Under the pieces are notes generated by a model. The model saw nothing but the letters and a program-made list of their open reading frames with translations, was not told where the DNA came from and did not search any database. Below are positions 52,964 to 64,000 of a stretch of 64,000 bases of DNA, in pieces. The stretch is taken from positions 16,430,001-16,494,000 of the forward strand of contig OX597818.1 of assembly GCA_951406725.2 (NCBI GenBank), read 5' to 3'. The position numbers and the translations under genes are program-made. This DNA comes from Octopus vulgaris. Taxonomy: Eukaryota. Position 1 is the first letter of the stretch. Every line of letters starts with the position of its first letter.

Positions 52964-53942
52964 TTGCAAACAACTTTGTGCAAGTGCTACCAATCTAAAT
53001 TTCCGCATACCGGAAACCAATCTAAAAGAACTGAGATGCGCAGCGTATCGCTGTTTAAAATTTATAGTTAAACAATAAAAAAATTGAAAAGTTAAAAAAT
53101 TAAGTCATTGGAAAGTCGAATTGGGCTGCTGGAGATTGTCTAAAGGGTGTTCGATATATGTACAGTGTAGTGATTTAGGTTGCATTTAGATCTGAGGTAA
53201 AATTTGAATGTATGAAAAAAAGCGGTGGTTGTATGTACCTAGGGCCTCGTTATATTTATTTAGTAGTATTGAAAAGTTATGCTTTAATATGTTGAATGCT
53301 TCTTTTAGATATAACTTGCAGGCTGAGCGTGACCCTGGTATGAAAGCCCTGAATCCATTATGGACCATGATAAGTTATATGTAATATTCCTATTTTTGTG
53401 ATGATGTATGCGACTGGCGTGGGTTGTGGGTTTACTGTGTTTCTCATCTCTAAAAGAATTGAGATGCGCAGCGTATCGCTGTTTAAAATTTATATTATCG
53501 GACCGGAGGTCTATTATCCTTCTATAGCACTTTCATAGCCTTACCTGCCATCTTAGGTCTTCTGGATACCAAAACCTCTTATATATATATATATATATAA
53601 TAAATATTAGGGAATAAATCCAAATTTACAGGGAAAAATCAGATTTAGGATTGAATCCAATTTTATAGTAAAATATTATATAATATTAATTAGAGACAAA
53701 ACCACTATTTTGCAAATCAAACAAGGAAAGACTTAATCAATACATTAAAAAATTTTAATATAAAGTAAATAAATAATACTGTTTTTTAAATAATGGCGGT
53801 GAAACTTAATAGACATTTTCAATGTTTCAGGTGCCTAATATTTTGGACATGAGAAGGTAAAATGTAAACAGGATACTTGATATCAGTTAAGTCCTATTTG
53901 ATAAAGGTATAGTAGTGACAAAGGGAAAATGTATGTTTAAAA

Positions 53943-53979
<37 letters not shown>

Positions 53980-54579
53980 CATATATATGTATGTATATAT
54001 GTATGTATGTATGTATACACATATATATATATGAGTGTGTGTGTGTGCCCATATATACAGACATACAAAAACACTCACGACATGCAGACATATACACGTC
54101 TACCTATGTAAATACATTCCTACCCCCTTTATACTAAGTGGCTAGAAGAATACCACATGAAACAGTTGCTCTAGTAAGCGGGGCCTTATCTCTGTAAGTG
54201 GGGTCAATGTGCAATAACACCCGCGAAAGTTTTCATAACGATGTGCCTGCTCTCTTGATGACCTCATATACCAGCTAGTATCTGCCATCTGTGATATCTA
54301 ACTGTTAGCACTCCTTTCTGAAAGTTGTTTGCAACTAATATACTCAGAGAGCATTGTCGTTATCTAGGTTATGTATGTATATATTCATATATGTATATAT
54401 ATGCGTGTATATAAATATGAATGTATGTATCTATGTATTTATGTCTGTTTTATTTAAAGCCATTAACTCAAACTCAAGTTATTATTGTGCAGACCAACTA
54501 TCTTATCGCACATTTAGTTTAATCAAGAAAACGAACAAAATTTCGTTTTCGTGTTTGAGAAGTGACTCGCTCAGAAAAG

Positions 54580-56096
54580 GTAAGAAAACAATTCTTACTA
54601 TTGTTATTGCTGTTGTTGTGGTCACCGTCGTTGGTATTGTTGCTATTGTTTAGCTGAAATGTAACTTTGAACAAGTAGTTCTTTTGTTGACCCCGAAAAA
54701 ATAAGCCGACCTCAGTGGAATTTGAAAATAGTATATAAAGGCAGACAAAAACACTACAAAGCATTTTACCCGGCATGCAAACAATTCTGCCAACTTTCTG
54801 CCGCCAGCCTATTAAAATAATGAAATTATTTCCAATATTAATCCCACTTGCAGAAAGACTGCCCTCCGGGTGGTTTTCTGCTAGCCACTTGACAATATTT
54901 TCACATTGATATTTTCAGACGCAAATTTTTTTGGACACAAAATTCCAATGTGATATTTGTGTAATAATGAAACCAAACTAGGAGTGTTGCTTAGTAAATA
55001 TTTCTTCCAGTAATTTATCGTTGTAATATATCTCTCATTTAAAGAAACTTCAAGGTAACCCAACTACGTTTAGCGTGCTGGAAGTAGCAGCGATCACATG
55101 CTTATTATTGGAAGGCTTATAGCGTTCCAAACAGCCACCAACAAAATCTCTTCTTAATTTATTAAAAAATGTATGCCGGTATATTAAGAAATTTTCATTT
55201 TATCAAAAATATTCATTTAACAAACTCTGGAAACTGATATTAACATAAGCCTCAAAGTTAATACAGCTATTTTGTCTAATAGCATTCATTCATTCAATAA
55301 ATAATTTTTTTACATTACGTATATAGAATAAACTGTAGGATTTGCAAATAGCGAATTAAAACTTGAAATGAAAATATTGAAATGAATATATATCAAATTA
55401 TCATCAATGAAAATAGAGACGAGAGAGAGTGAGAGACTGTTGCAAATGAAAATGGAAAATTTCACCTGTAACGAATATTGTTTATTAAACATTAAAGTCT
55501 ACTCTGGATATTCAAATCTGTAAAAACACTTGTAGTTCAAATATTAGATAATCTTCAGAAATCAAAATTACAGGAAATTTCTTGGAACATGAATTTGTAA
55601 AAAATTCCAGATGGTCAAGCCTTTAATAATTGCTTTCTTTTAGTAACTGTTACACACATAATTAATAAATAACTATCTTCATTATGATATATATACATCC
55701 ATAATTTTAGTTCAAATATCACTTGATTCAACTGATATAATATTTTACTATTTTGATAAAACTGGACTAATCTTCAACTAGGAACCATCCAATACCGTGT
55801 AAAATGTATATTTCTTCTGTTCGTTCTTTCTTTCTTTCATTCTTTCTTTCTTCCTTTCTTTGCACTCAAAGAAATCACAATAAAAATTTCAAGAGGAAGT
55901 GTCAAGAGATTGATATGAAAATATACACAGCATGACTATGAACGAAAGCATGATTAAAGAATAAACAAAACTAAACAAGCTACAAGACAGTTACCTTTAG
56001 TTTTGAATAAATATTTTCCATTCTAAATAGTTACGGAATAAGGAAAATGAAATTAAACCTCCATTAATTTATATGTTCAATTTTTCTTTATTACAG
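54580..56096 (+). other. Predicted 5'UTR intron of the membrane-protein gene
   Basis: Donor AAG|GTAAGA at 54579/54580, conserved in paralogous blocks at ~1969, ~16737 and ~38854 (minus). Acceptor tttttctttattacAG ending at 56096, conserved at ~14205 (minus). Confidence 0.55.
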
Positions 56097-56106
56097 AAAA
56101 CGAAAC

Positions 56107-58491
56107 ATGGCTGTCATGCAGATGGTAACAGCACCTCTTTTATCAGTCATCCTTATTATTTCTCTCACATCACTAAACACATATGCAAAAGAACACAGAA
56201 ATAATTGTACAACTGAAATTTCTCCCACTGTCATTAAAAATTTAACTCGTTTAGTAAGATCAGGCAAACAAGTTTTCAATTTTGAAGTCCATATAATTGA
56301 TAAAAAAATTGATGGCCTTCTCAATCCTGTGCCACTAGATTATTTTGCAAATGCGAGACGTTTCACATGGATTCCAGATGAACCAGATGGTTTAGTAATG
56401 TATAAAAATGTCCTCTTTGACTTTTCAATTCGCTCATTTAATGTATTAGACGCTTACATTGCTACTCCAAGTATTGATATCGATATGAATTGTGGAAAAC
56501 AAAATGTTCAGCGATACGATGTAATATATTCGATTTTCGAGCAATTAAAGAGAATCGTATTTATCGATGAAGCGCAGATGGGAGAATCTGGATATATGTG
56601 TTTCTTTATAAATTTGTCGCACGACATGCAGAAGAACAGTCCTTATACGTTATTAGCGTACAGAATATTGGGTATTTATCGTGAGATACTGAAGAACTAT
56701 TGTTGTGAACTACATAAAAATGATAATACTACTTATGAACCAAAATACATTTGTTCTGGAAATACCATTGAAAACAGTATGTTTGTCAATTGTGCAAATG
56801 TTGTTGGAGCAGTTCTGTTGGCCATATTTCCATTGTATATCAGGTTTATATCAAAAGCTAAATTACCTCCGTATTCCTGTAACCAGCCACAATCAGGTAA
56901 CGAGGAAGTGCATTTGGAAACTCTACTCTCATCACCAAATTCAAATGAACCTAACCAGCAACAATCAACTAACGAGGAACTGAATTCTCGAAATGAAGAC
57001 ACATCGCCGAATTCCCTAGAACCTAACCAGCAACAGTCAACTAACGAGAGATTAAATTCTCAAAATGAAGACACATCGCCAAACTCCCTAGAACCTAACC
57101 AGCAACAATTACCAAACAATGAATATCTATGTAAATACGCATTGCCAGACAAATCAGAATGGATTAGTATACAACATAATATTTACAGTTTCTCTCATTT
57201 TTTATATTGGTTGTTTTGTTTTCATCATTCGACTTTGTGTGTTTCGAGACTAAGAAGAGGTATTCTTATTTTGCTTTCTCTCTCAGTAATTCTTCTAGAT
57301 CTTTTAATGTATTACTTATATTTATATGAAACGGTGACAATATTTTTACATGATCGCATTCCATTGGGTTATCGCTCGTTCATTCTAGGAATCCAGAAAA
57401 ACTATGAACTTTCAGATGGTTCTGTTTTGGGTCCCTTTTTGGGGATAATCAGCTACATAATTTTTAACTTTATCCTGTTTGTTCTTCCCAGTCATGTAAG
57501 TGAGATTATCGCTGAAAGTATATTAGATAAAAAACTCAAAGAAGATTCTTTTTCTACACTTCAGGGTTATGATCGACTCCTTGCAATAATTAAAGTTAAA
57601 GTTTTTACTGCTACGGACCCATATTTCTGGAAATCTATATTTGTTAAGTGGATTACGCGTATACGTAAAATGTGGACTATTTTCTGCAAGAGCAATATTT
57701 TTATAAAATTTATATTATGTTTGCTTCCTATTTTGGCTACAATTTTATTTGTTGTATTTTTTATCTGTGAATTACTTCTCCGCCTCGTTTATTACGGAAT
57801 CCCATTCATATATTTGATTCTAACTTTACCATTAAGTTATTTCAAAAAATATATTTTACCTCTAATGAAGAAAAATATATGTCCTTGCAAGTGTCATGAT
57901 GAAATTTTATCATTGCCGTCATTGCCGTTTTTTATATTATGGGCATTTGCTTCAGGCTATGTATTTCTTATGAGTTTTCAAATCATTTGCACTTATGTAT
58001 TTTCAATAGCTATTGCAATGCTTGCTAAACCTAATACTGTCGGTGGTATATGGTTTGTTGCCATGTTTTTCGTTCACGCTTTTACAGTTATGAACGCTAT
58101 TCAGGAACATTATAAAGGGATACTAGTTCAATCAATAAAGTTTACTGAAACTATAAAACCAAATTTAGTTCAGTTAAAATATAAAGAGGAATACATTGAT
58201 GCCAAATTGTTTGAAGCAATCGTTAACGAGTATTTTCCTTTAAGTTACGAGATTGGTAAAGCCATTATAAAATTAATTCTAATCGTATCTTTTTTCTTTG
58301 CTTGCAATAACATAATAAATCGAAAGGATTTGCATCTATCAGCATTCACACGGATTGCTTTGATATTGATGACTTCATGGATGCCTAATGTATTGTCGAA
58401 AATGAATGCTAAATTTCATTTTGATACGTCTCTGTCACACAAAGTTATTCACACAATTTATGAATTTCCAAAAGGAAATGAATCCAATTGA
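56107..58491 (+). CDS. Uncharacterised 794-aa protein: signal peptide, Cys-containing ectodomain, ~9-10 predicted TM segments; single coding exon
   Basis: Uninterrupted 2.4-kb ORF in AT-rich DNA with two paralogs in the window. Hydrophobic N-terminus and multiple hydrophobic stretches. The second ATG (56116) is the one shared with copy A. Confidence 0.9.
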   Translation: MAVMQMVTAPLLSVILIISLTSLNTYAKEHRNNCTTEISPTVIKNLTRLVRSGKQVFNFEVHIIDKKIDGLLNPVPLDYFANARRFTWIPDEPDGLVMYKNVLFDFSIRSFNVLDAYIATPSIDIDMNCGKQNVQRYDVIYSIFEQLKRIVFIDEAQMGESGYMCFFINLSHDMQKNSPYTLLAYRILGIYREILKNYCCELHKNDNTTYEPKYICSGNTIENSMFVNCANVVGAVLLAIFPLYIRFISKAKLPPYSCNQPQSGNEEVHLETLLSSPNSNEPNQQQSTNEELNSRNEDTSPNSLEPNQQQSTNERLNSQNEDTSPNSLEPNQQQLPNNEYLCKYALPDKSEWISIQHNIYSFSHFLYWLFCFHHSTLCVSRLRRGILILLSLSVILLDLLMYYLYLYETVTIFLHDRIPLGYRSFILGIQKNYELSDGSVLGPFLGIISYIIFNFILFVLPSHVSEIIAESILDKKLKEDSFSTLQGYDRLLAIIKVKVFTATDPYFWKSIFVKWITRIRKMWTIFCKSNIFIKFILCLLPILATILFVVFFICELLLRLVYYGIPFIYLILTLPLSYFKKYILPLMKKNICPCKCHDEILSLPSLPFFILWAFASGYVFLMSFQIICTYVFSIAIAMLAKPNTVGGIWFVAMFFVHAFTVMNAIQEHYKGILVQSIKFTETIKPNLVQLKYKEEYIDAKLFEAIVNEYFPLSYEIGKAIIKLILIVSFFFACNNIINRKDLHLSAFTRIALILMTSWMPNVLSKMNAKFHFDTSLSHKVIHTIYEFPKGNESN
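56881..57120 (+). repeat. In-frame 72-bp (24-aa) coding tandem repeat
   Basis: SPNSNEPNQQQSTNEELNSRNEDT / SPNSLEPNQQQSTNERLNSQNEDT / SPNSLEPNQQQ. Confidence 0.9.
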
Positions 58492-59660
58492 ATTTACGAA
58501 ACTATTAACATTTTCCCAAAAATATAATTATTCCAATATTCCAGAAATTATTCCATCAGTTTTAACTACTTTGTATAGTAATCTGGTGGATTTCACCTGA
58601 TTTCTACATCCTTCGACTCTCTTAGCATCATCACCGTTCACACCTTCCTTACTACATTAATTTCGACTACTGACTCCAGTGGTAATTGCATTGAGCCTCT
58701 TTTCGATAAAAAGCTGAGCTGTTCAATATCCGACGTACGCCGAACCACTTTCTAATGAATGCATTGCACTTTTTCTCAATGATTTGGACTCGTGATAGTG
58801 CCACTTCGTATATTAAAAGTGGCCACGAAAGTTGCGGATATAAGCCGAAATGTAAGCACCTTAGTTTGCTTCCCTAGTAGCTTCGAATCAACTGTTAGTC
58901 CACTCCTGGCTTGTTTCATGATCTGCATCCCACGACTCCTATCTGACAATGTCCCAGCGTATATATGCCCCAAGCTCTTAAATGGTTCTTCCTAATCTCT
59001 TGGAATGCTTTCTCCAGCTATTCTAAATTTTACTTTTATCTTGCACTATTCTAATAAGTGTCAGACTACGCGACTCTTTTACTCTGAATCACATTCTTTA
59101 TCACTATCAGCTCGTAGCTCCAAGGGGGACTCTGCATGATTTGCATATCTATCGACAGAAGTGGCAGGGCATACATGAAGGCCTTCTTAGGTGATTGTAT
59201 ATCGGGCATTTGTTCCGAAAAGTTTCTCACATTCAATTTATCATTTAAAATTAGCAACTTACTGCAAAACTTAATATAATGTTTTGCTTCTGCTCATTCT
59301 AAATCTTAATCTTTATCTTTCTTAATCTTCAAACTTTATAAACCCATTTTACTGCAGTCTCCTTTATAGGGCTATTATATCAACGTTACTAAGTATTAAT
59401 TTTCAATCTATACATCTAACCAACTTCTTATTATATGACACGTTATTGTAATTATACTTGGACATACTGAAATTTTAAATTTCAAATTTATTTTTCTATA
59501 TATTCTATATTTTCTTTATTTTACATATCTTCAATGCAGTTCATAAATTTTTAAATCACTTTTCTGAACTCCAGTTCTCTGCTTTTACCTATAAGTATTC
59601 TGGGAATCGTTGACCATTTTGAGAATCTTTAGTCGAGATACACCGACTTGTTATATATTG
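58492..59660 (+). repeat. 3' flank or UTR paralogous to 10440-11800 (reverse complement)
   Basis: ttccaatattccagaaattattccatc and gagaatctttagtc.agatacac are shared with the copy A flank. Confidence 0.8.
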
Positions 59661-59669
59661 CTTTTTCCT

Positions 59670-60043
59670 TACTTCTTCTTCAGCTTCTTCTTCTTCTTCT
59701 TCTTCTTCTTCTTCTTCTTCTTCTTCTTCTTCTTCTTCTTCTTCTTCTTCTTCTTCTTCTTCTTCTCCTTCTACTTCTCCTTCTTCTTCTTCTTCTTCTC
59801 CTTCTTCTTCTCCTTCTTCTTCTTCTCCTTCTTCTTCTCCTTCTTCTTCTTCTTCTTCCTCTCCTTCTTCTTCTTCTTCTTCTTCTTCTTCTTCTTCTTC
59901 TTCTTCTCCTTCTTCTTCTTCTTCTTCTTCTTCTCCTTCTTCTTCTTCTTCTTCTTCTTCTTCTTCTTCTTCTTCTTCTTCTTCTTCTTCTTCTTCTTCT
60001 TCTTCTTCTTCTTCTTCTTCTTCTTCTTCTTCTTCTTCTTCTT
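59670..60043. repeat. (TTC)n/(CTC) microsatellite
   Basis: Direct inspection; similar (GAA)n tract at 50640-50893. Confidence 0.95.
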
Positions 60044-60929
60044 CCCTCACGATCTCTATACTAATTATTCATCCCCTAACCATACTTCTATCTATTTTTT
60101 GTTTTCTCTCGTTATAAGCAAAAAAAAACTGTCTTCCTCGCATCTTTCTTGAGTGTGTGCGTGATTGACTGAGAGAGAGAGAGAGAGAGACAGTCAGACA
60201 GACAGACATAGTGAGAGAGAGATGTGTTGTCGGAATGAGAGAGATAAAGTGTAAGTTACTGTGTGTATGAGACAGAGAGAGAGAGACAGACAGACAAAGA
60301 GAGATACCATAAATTTTATTTACTTTTTCTCGCATCTTTTATTGGTGTGTGTGAGAGAGAGGGGCGTTACGCTATCATACACACACACGCACACACATCA
60401 GCACACACCTTCTCTCTGTCTTACATACACACACTTTCTATCTCGCACCCCACCATCAACATATACACATGTCCCTGTCATTTTCTCTCTTTTTCACTTT
60501 ATGCTAACGTCAAATTAAATGTACATTTCCAGTTCAAAAAAACAAATATAAATTTTTTACGGAATTTACCGAACGCTGTACCTTAACAGATGATAGATCA
60601 TTGACAACTCTGTGACTCAAAACAAAGGTTAGCCTTCACTGAAACTTATCTCCTGCCATAAAATCTTCAATGATATAATGATACCAGAAATAAGTCACTG
60701 CTTTAATCCACCACTCGAGAAAACCTACCATCCAACGAATTGAACACTTCAAACGGCACGTTTTCACTCAAAACAACTACTCAAATGGAATAAAGACTAC
60801 GTGCATCACAACAACAATAACACCAAGTGTGTGTGTGTGTGTGTGTAAACTTACAATATATTCTATTGTTAAGAAAATGTTATAGAACCATTCAATAAAA
60901 CTCAAATGGGATAAAGACTACACGCTTTA

Positions 60930-61295
60930 TCCGCCTAAACAGTGCAGCGGGACCCGCTTCGTAGTCAAGTCCCTGACGCCCCACTTTATTGAAGCCAACA
61001 TTGTTACAGGGTACAGGAGCGGGGAAAATGTTTTCATTCCAAGGATTCACCTTTATCACTCGGGTTGCCGTTTAACTTCCGCAGATCGCAGTTCCCGGTG
61101 AGGCCATGCTTCGCCATGTCCATCAACAAATCACAAGGCCAAACACTATCGGTAGCGGGCATCCATTTGGGAGAGCCGTGCTTTTCACATGGGCAACTTC
61201 ATGTGGCTTGCTCCCGTGTGGGGAGTAGAAACGCTCTTTTTGTGTATGATCCTCAGGGCAGAACACGCAATGTTGTCTATAGTGAAGTTTTATAG
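60930..61295 (+). mobile_element. Helitron PIF1-like helicase C-terminal fragment
   Basis: VFIPRI...RSQFPVRPCFAMSINKSQGQTL...FSHGQLHVACSRV. Confidence 0.9.
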
Positions 61296-61559
61296 ACGTA
61301 GAAAGAACAAGTCATCATTGTAGCTTATGTGGTTATAAACCGGAAGCATTGGTCGGACATATTCTCAAACGACGGCAAACATGACTCATGGACTCTTCCT
61401 CTTCTTTACTGGACAATGCTGACTTCTCCAACAACAATGCTCACTTGGCTGATATCAGCGCTTGGCCAAGCTGCTCATGGAGTTAGGCTAGAAGGGCCAG
61501 GCCCCTTATTTTTTGTTAAGTCTGTTGGTAAGTTTTCCTAAGCTACTCCAATCCGGATC

Positions 61560-62587
61560 CCCAATGCAAGCCTTCGAATCAACCTTCTCCAATTCAGATC
61601 TCTAATGCTACCTTATCCAATCCAAATCTTTGAGTCAACATTCTTAACTGCAGATCTCTAATGCAAACCTTTGATCCATCCTTATCCAGTACAAACCTTC
61701 GATGCAACCTTCTCCAATGCAGATCTTCGATGCAGATCTCCGAGGCAACCTTCGATGCAGCCTTGAACGATAGTACCCCTAGGAGGGGTTAGGATTAGTC
61801 GCTGCCTTTTAGAGGTTCCCGAGCCCCCTTTAGTTAGTTTAGTTTAGGCTTCGGTTAAGGCTTAGTTGTGATCTGAACATAACCTCTTCTGACACAGAGG
61901 ATCGAGAGCCCTTTTGGGCGTTCTATTTTCCTTGCCGGAAGGGTTCCCAACCCATGGGCCAGGGTTAGATGATGGGGGAGGAATTTCGAAACGGCCGGCA
62001 TGTGAAACCTGATCACCTCTGCCGGTCACACTCCCAGCCCAAGCGTACCCGTCATGACACTGATTCTGCAGAACTGGCTTGGGTGTGAAAACCAACTTTA
62101 AAGTATAAATATAGGTTTTTTGAATCAGCAATGTTGTGTTCGGTTAAGTCCTATTTGGGGTGAAAAATCAATAAACTGATTCCTTATAGGGTTTTCCATT
62201 CAATCAGGATGTAAAAGCGATAAACCAATTCCTTATAGGATTTCCCACTAAAATTGGCTACTCCCCATTTTCAACTATAACTTTTCCCAATTTTGACGTA
62301 TTTTGTTCAAACTTAATGCCGGCGTTACTTATGACTCATGGGATTTTTGAATGCTTTAAGGTCTCCAAAAAAAAAAAAACAATCGATGAGTGGAAAAATC
62401 GATAAACCGATTCCTTGTGGGATTTCCCAATCAAGTTGTCTGCAACCCATTTTCAGCCAAACGTTTACCAATATCAATGGATCTCGCTCAAATTTAACGT
62501 CGGTGTAACTTAGTTTGGTTTGAAACAAATACTTTATTAGCTTGATAATCCTAACTTAATCTCGGGCAACGCCAAGCTCTACTGCTA

Positions 62588-62588
<1 letters not shown>
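61560..62588 (+). mobile_element. Helitron 3' non-coding region and terminus
   Basis: Homologous to 40700-41477; ends with a degenerate hairpin and CTAG; cttcgatgcaacc subrepeats. Confidence 0.7.
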
Positions 62589-62636
<48 letters not shown>

Positions 62637-62638
<2 letters not shown>

Positions 62639-63700
62639 GAGCGCGATGGATAAGTTGCTGCCATTTTATATTTCTAATTTCGCGTAGGCGCATAGTTTGT
62701 TTTTGATTTTGTCGGCTACACGGTATAGTAGGGTCAGTTGCACACCGTCTGTGAGAAAAATAGCACCATGACGCAATTCACTCTCACAGAAATTTGAAAA
62801 CAACATGTACTTGGCATTCACGCTGGAAGCTCCAATACGAATATTTCAGTGTTTGGGTGCCAATCTGAGGACAGTGCAATCTGAAGACATGTACCGAGAG
62901 TGATAAAAATTAAACATCCATTCAACATCATAGTGTTTGGAGTGATCATTAGTGATGGCGACGTTATGCCCCAATTCATCTTTCCACACGGCCTCAGACT
63001 CAACACGGAGGCCTACATCAAATGTCTGGAGACGGAAGGGCTGCTCTGGGTGAAAAGGGTGGCTGCTGGAAGACCTTATGTCTGGCAACAAGACTCTGCA
63101 CTATGCCACACAAGCAGGATAGACCATGCATGGCTGTCAGTCAATTTCTGCGACCACATCACCCTTAACATCTGGCCAAGTAACTCCCCAGACTGCAACC
63201 CCTTTGAGTATTATGTGTGGGGTGCAGTTGAGCGAGTGACCAACAAAACTCCTTGTAACAATACCTGCCTGATAAGAAACTCAAGACTTCCTATGTCCCT
63301 GGCAATGGACCTGATTGACTTGCAGAGATCGCTGTGAATCATGGCCTGGAACTCACCAGCAAATTCAGGAGTTATTCTCTTACCAGAACCATTAGAGTGA
63401 GTTTTCCGAGCTGCCATACCTTCGAAATCCCCATTAGGTTCATGCAACTCTTTTCGAATCCACTGTACTGTCCTCAGATTAACACCCAAACACTCTTATA
63501 TGTCCGTATTGGAGCTTCCGGTGCGAATACCTAGCAGTACAGCATGTCGTTCCCAAATTTTTGGCAGAGGGATTGCGTCATGATGCTGTTTTTCTCACAG
63601 AGGGTGCCACCTGACCCTTATATTCATTGTAGTTGACAAAATTAAAAACAAACAATGTGCACGCGCGAAATTATCAGATTACAATAATTTACCCATAGCA

Positions 63701-63705
<5 letters not shown>
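62637..63705. mobile_element. Rearranged Tc1/mariner (DD37D maT-type) element
   Basis: Catalytic core WQQDSALCH...WPSNSPDCNPFE with 37 residues between D and E on +. The HTH N-terminus is on - (63211..63489). Long imperfect inverted ends are bordered by TA/CT repeats. Confidence 0.85.
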
Positions 63706-63743
<38 letters not shown>

Positions 63744-64000
63744 ATTTCGCGCGTGCACATTATATATAAAATACATGAAAATACATGGAATCGTAGGCGT
63801 GCCTTTGTAGCAAGAAGCTTGCTTCTCATCTAAATGTTTCTGTGTTCAGTCCCAGTCACTTCTACTTTAGCCAACACAAGTATGTACGTATGTATGTATG
63901 TATGTATGTATGCATGTATGTATGTATGTATGTATGTATGTATGTATGTATGTATGTATGTATGTATGTATGTATGTATGTATGCATGTACGTATGCATG

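Noticed and set aside
56107-58491. Possible octopus chemotactile receptor (Cys-loop family) or GPCR
   Set aside because: No Cys-loop ligand-binding domain or 4-TM layout, and no recognisable GPCR motifs; left unnamed.
61560-61765. CRISPR-like short repeats (also 40700-40790 and 18605-18657)
   Set aside because: They are degenerate tandem subrepeats of transposons, with no unique spacers or cas genes, in a eukaryotic context.

Overview
AT-rich, microsatellite-dense eukaryotic DNA. The repeat content (tRNA-derived SINEs, TAA-associated R4/Dong LINEs, Penelope fragments) looks like an octopus or other coleoid cephalopod genome; this is an inference. The window holds a locally duplicated family of genes with a single coding exon, encoding an uncharacterised secreted-ectodomain, multi-pass membrane protein. 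One copy is intact (794 aa, 56107-58491 +) and two are disrupted (~11.8-14.2 kb - and ~33.7-35.9 kb -). A fourth copy is predicted just left of the window, because 1-6.8 kb is an inverted duplicate of 50.1-55.5 kb. Between the inverted arms lies a six-gene 5S rRNA array with two sequence classes in alternating orientation (1752-bp period). The rest is mobile DNA: three head-to-tail R4/Dong-like LINEs in TAA tracts, Penelope-like RT fragments with minimal hammerhead-ribozyme motifs, Helitron pieces (one with an OTU domain), a hAT element, a Merlin-like MITE, a rearranged DD37D/E Tc1/mariner element, SINEs and many fold-back palindromes. Coordinates of degenerate elements are approximate and were read by eye.
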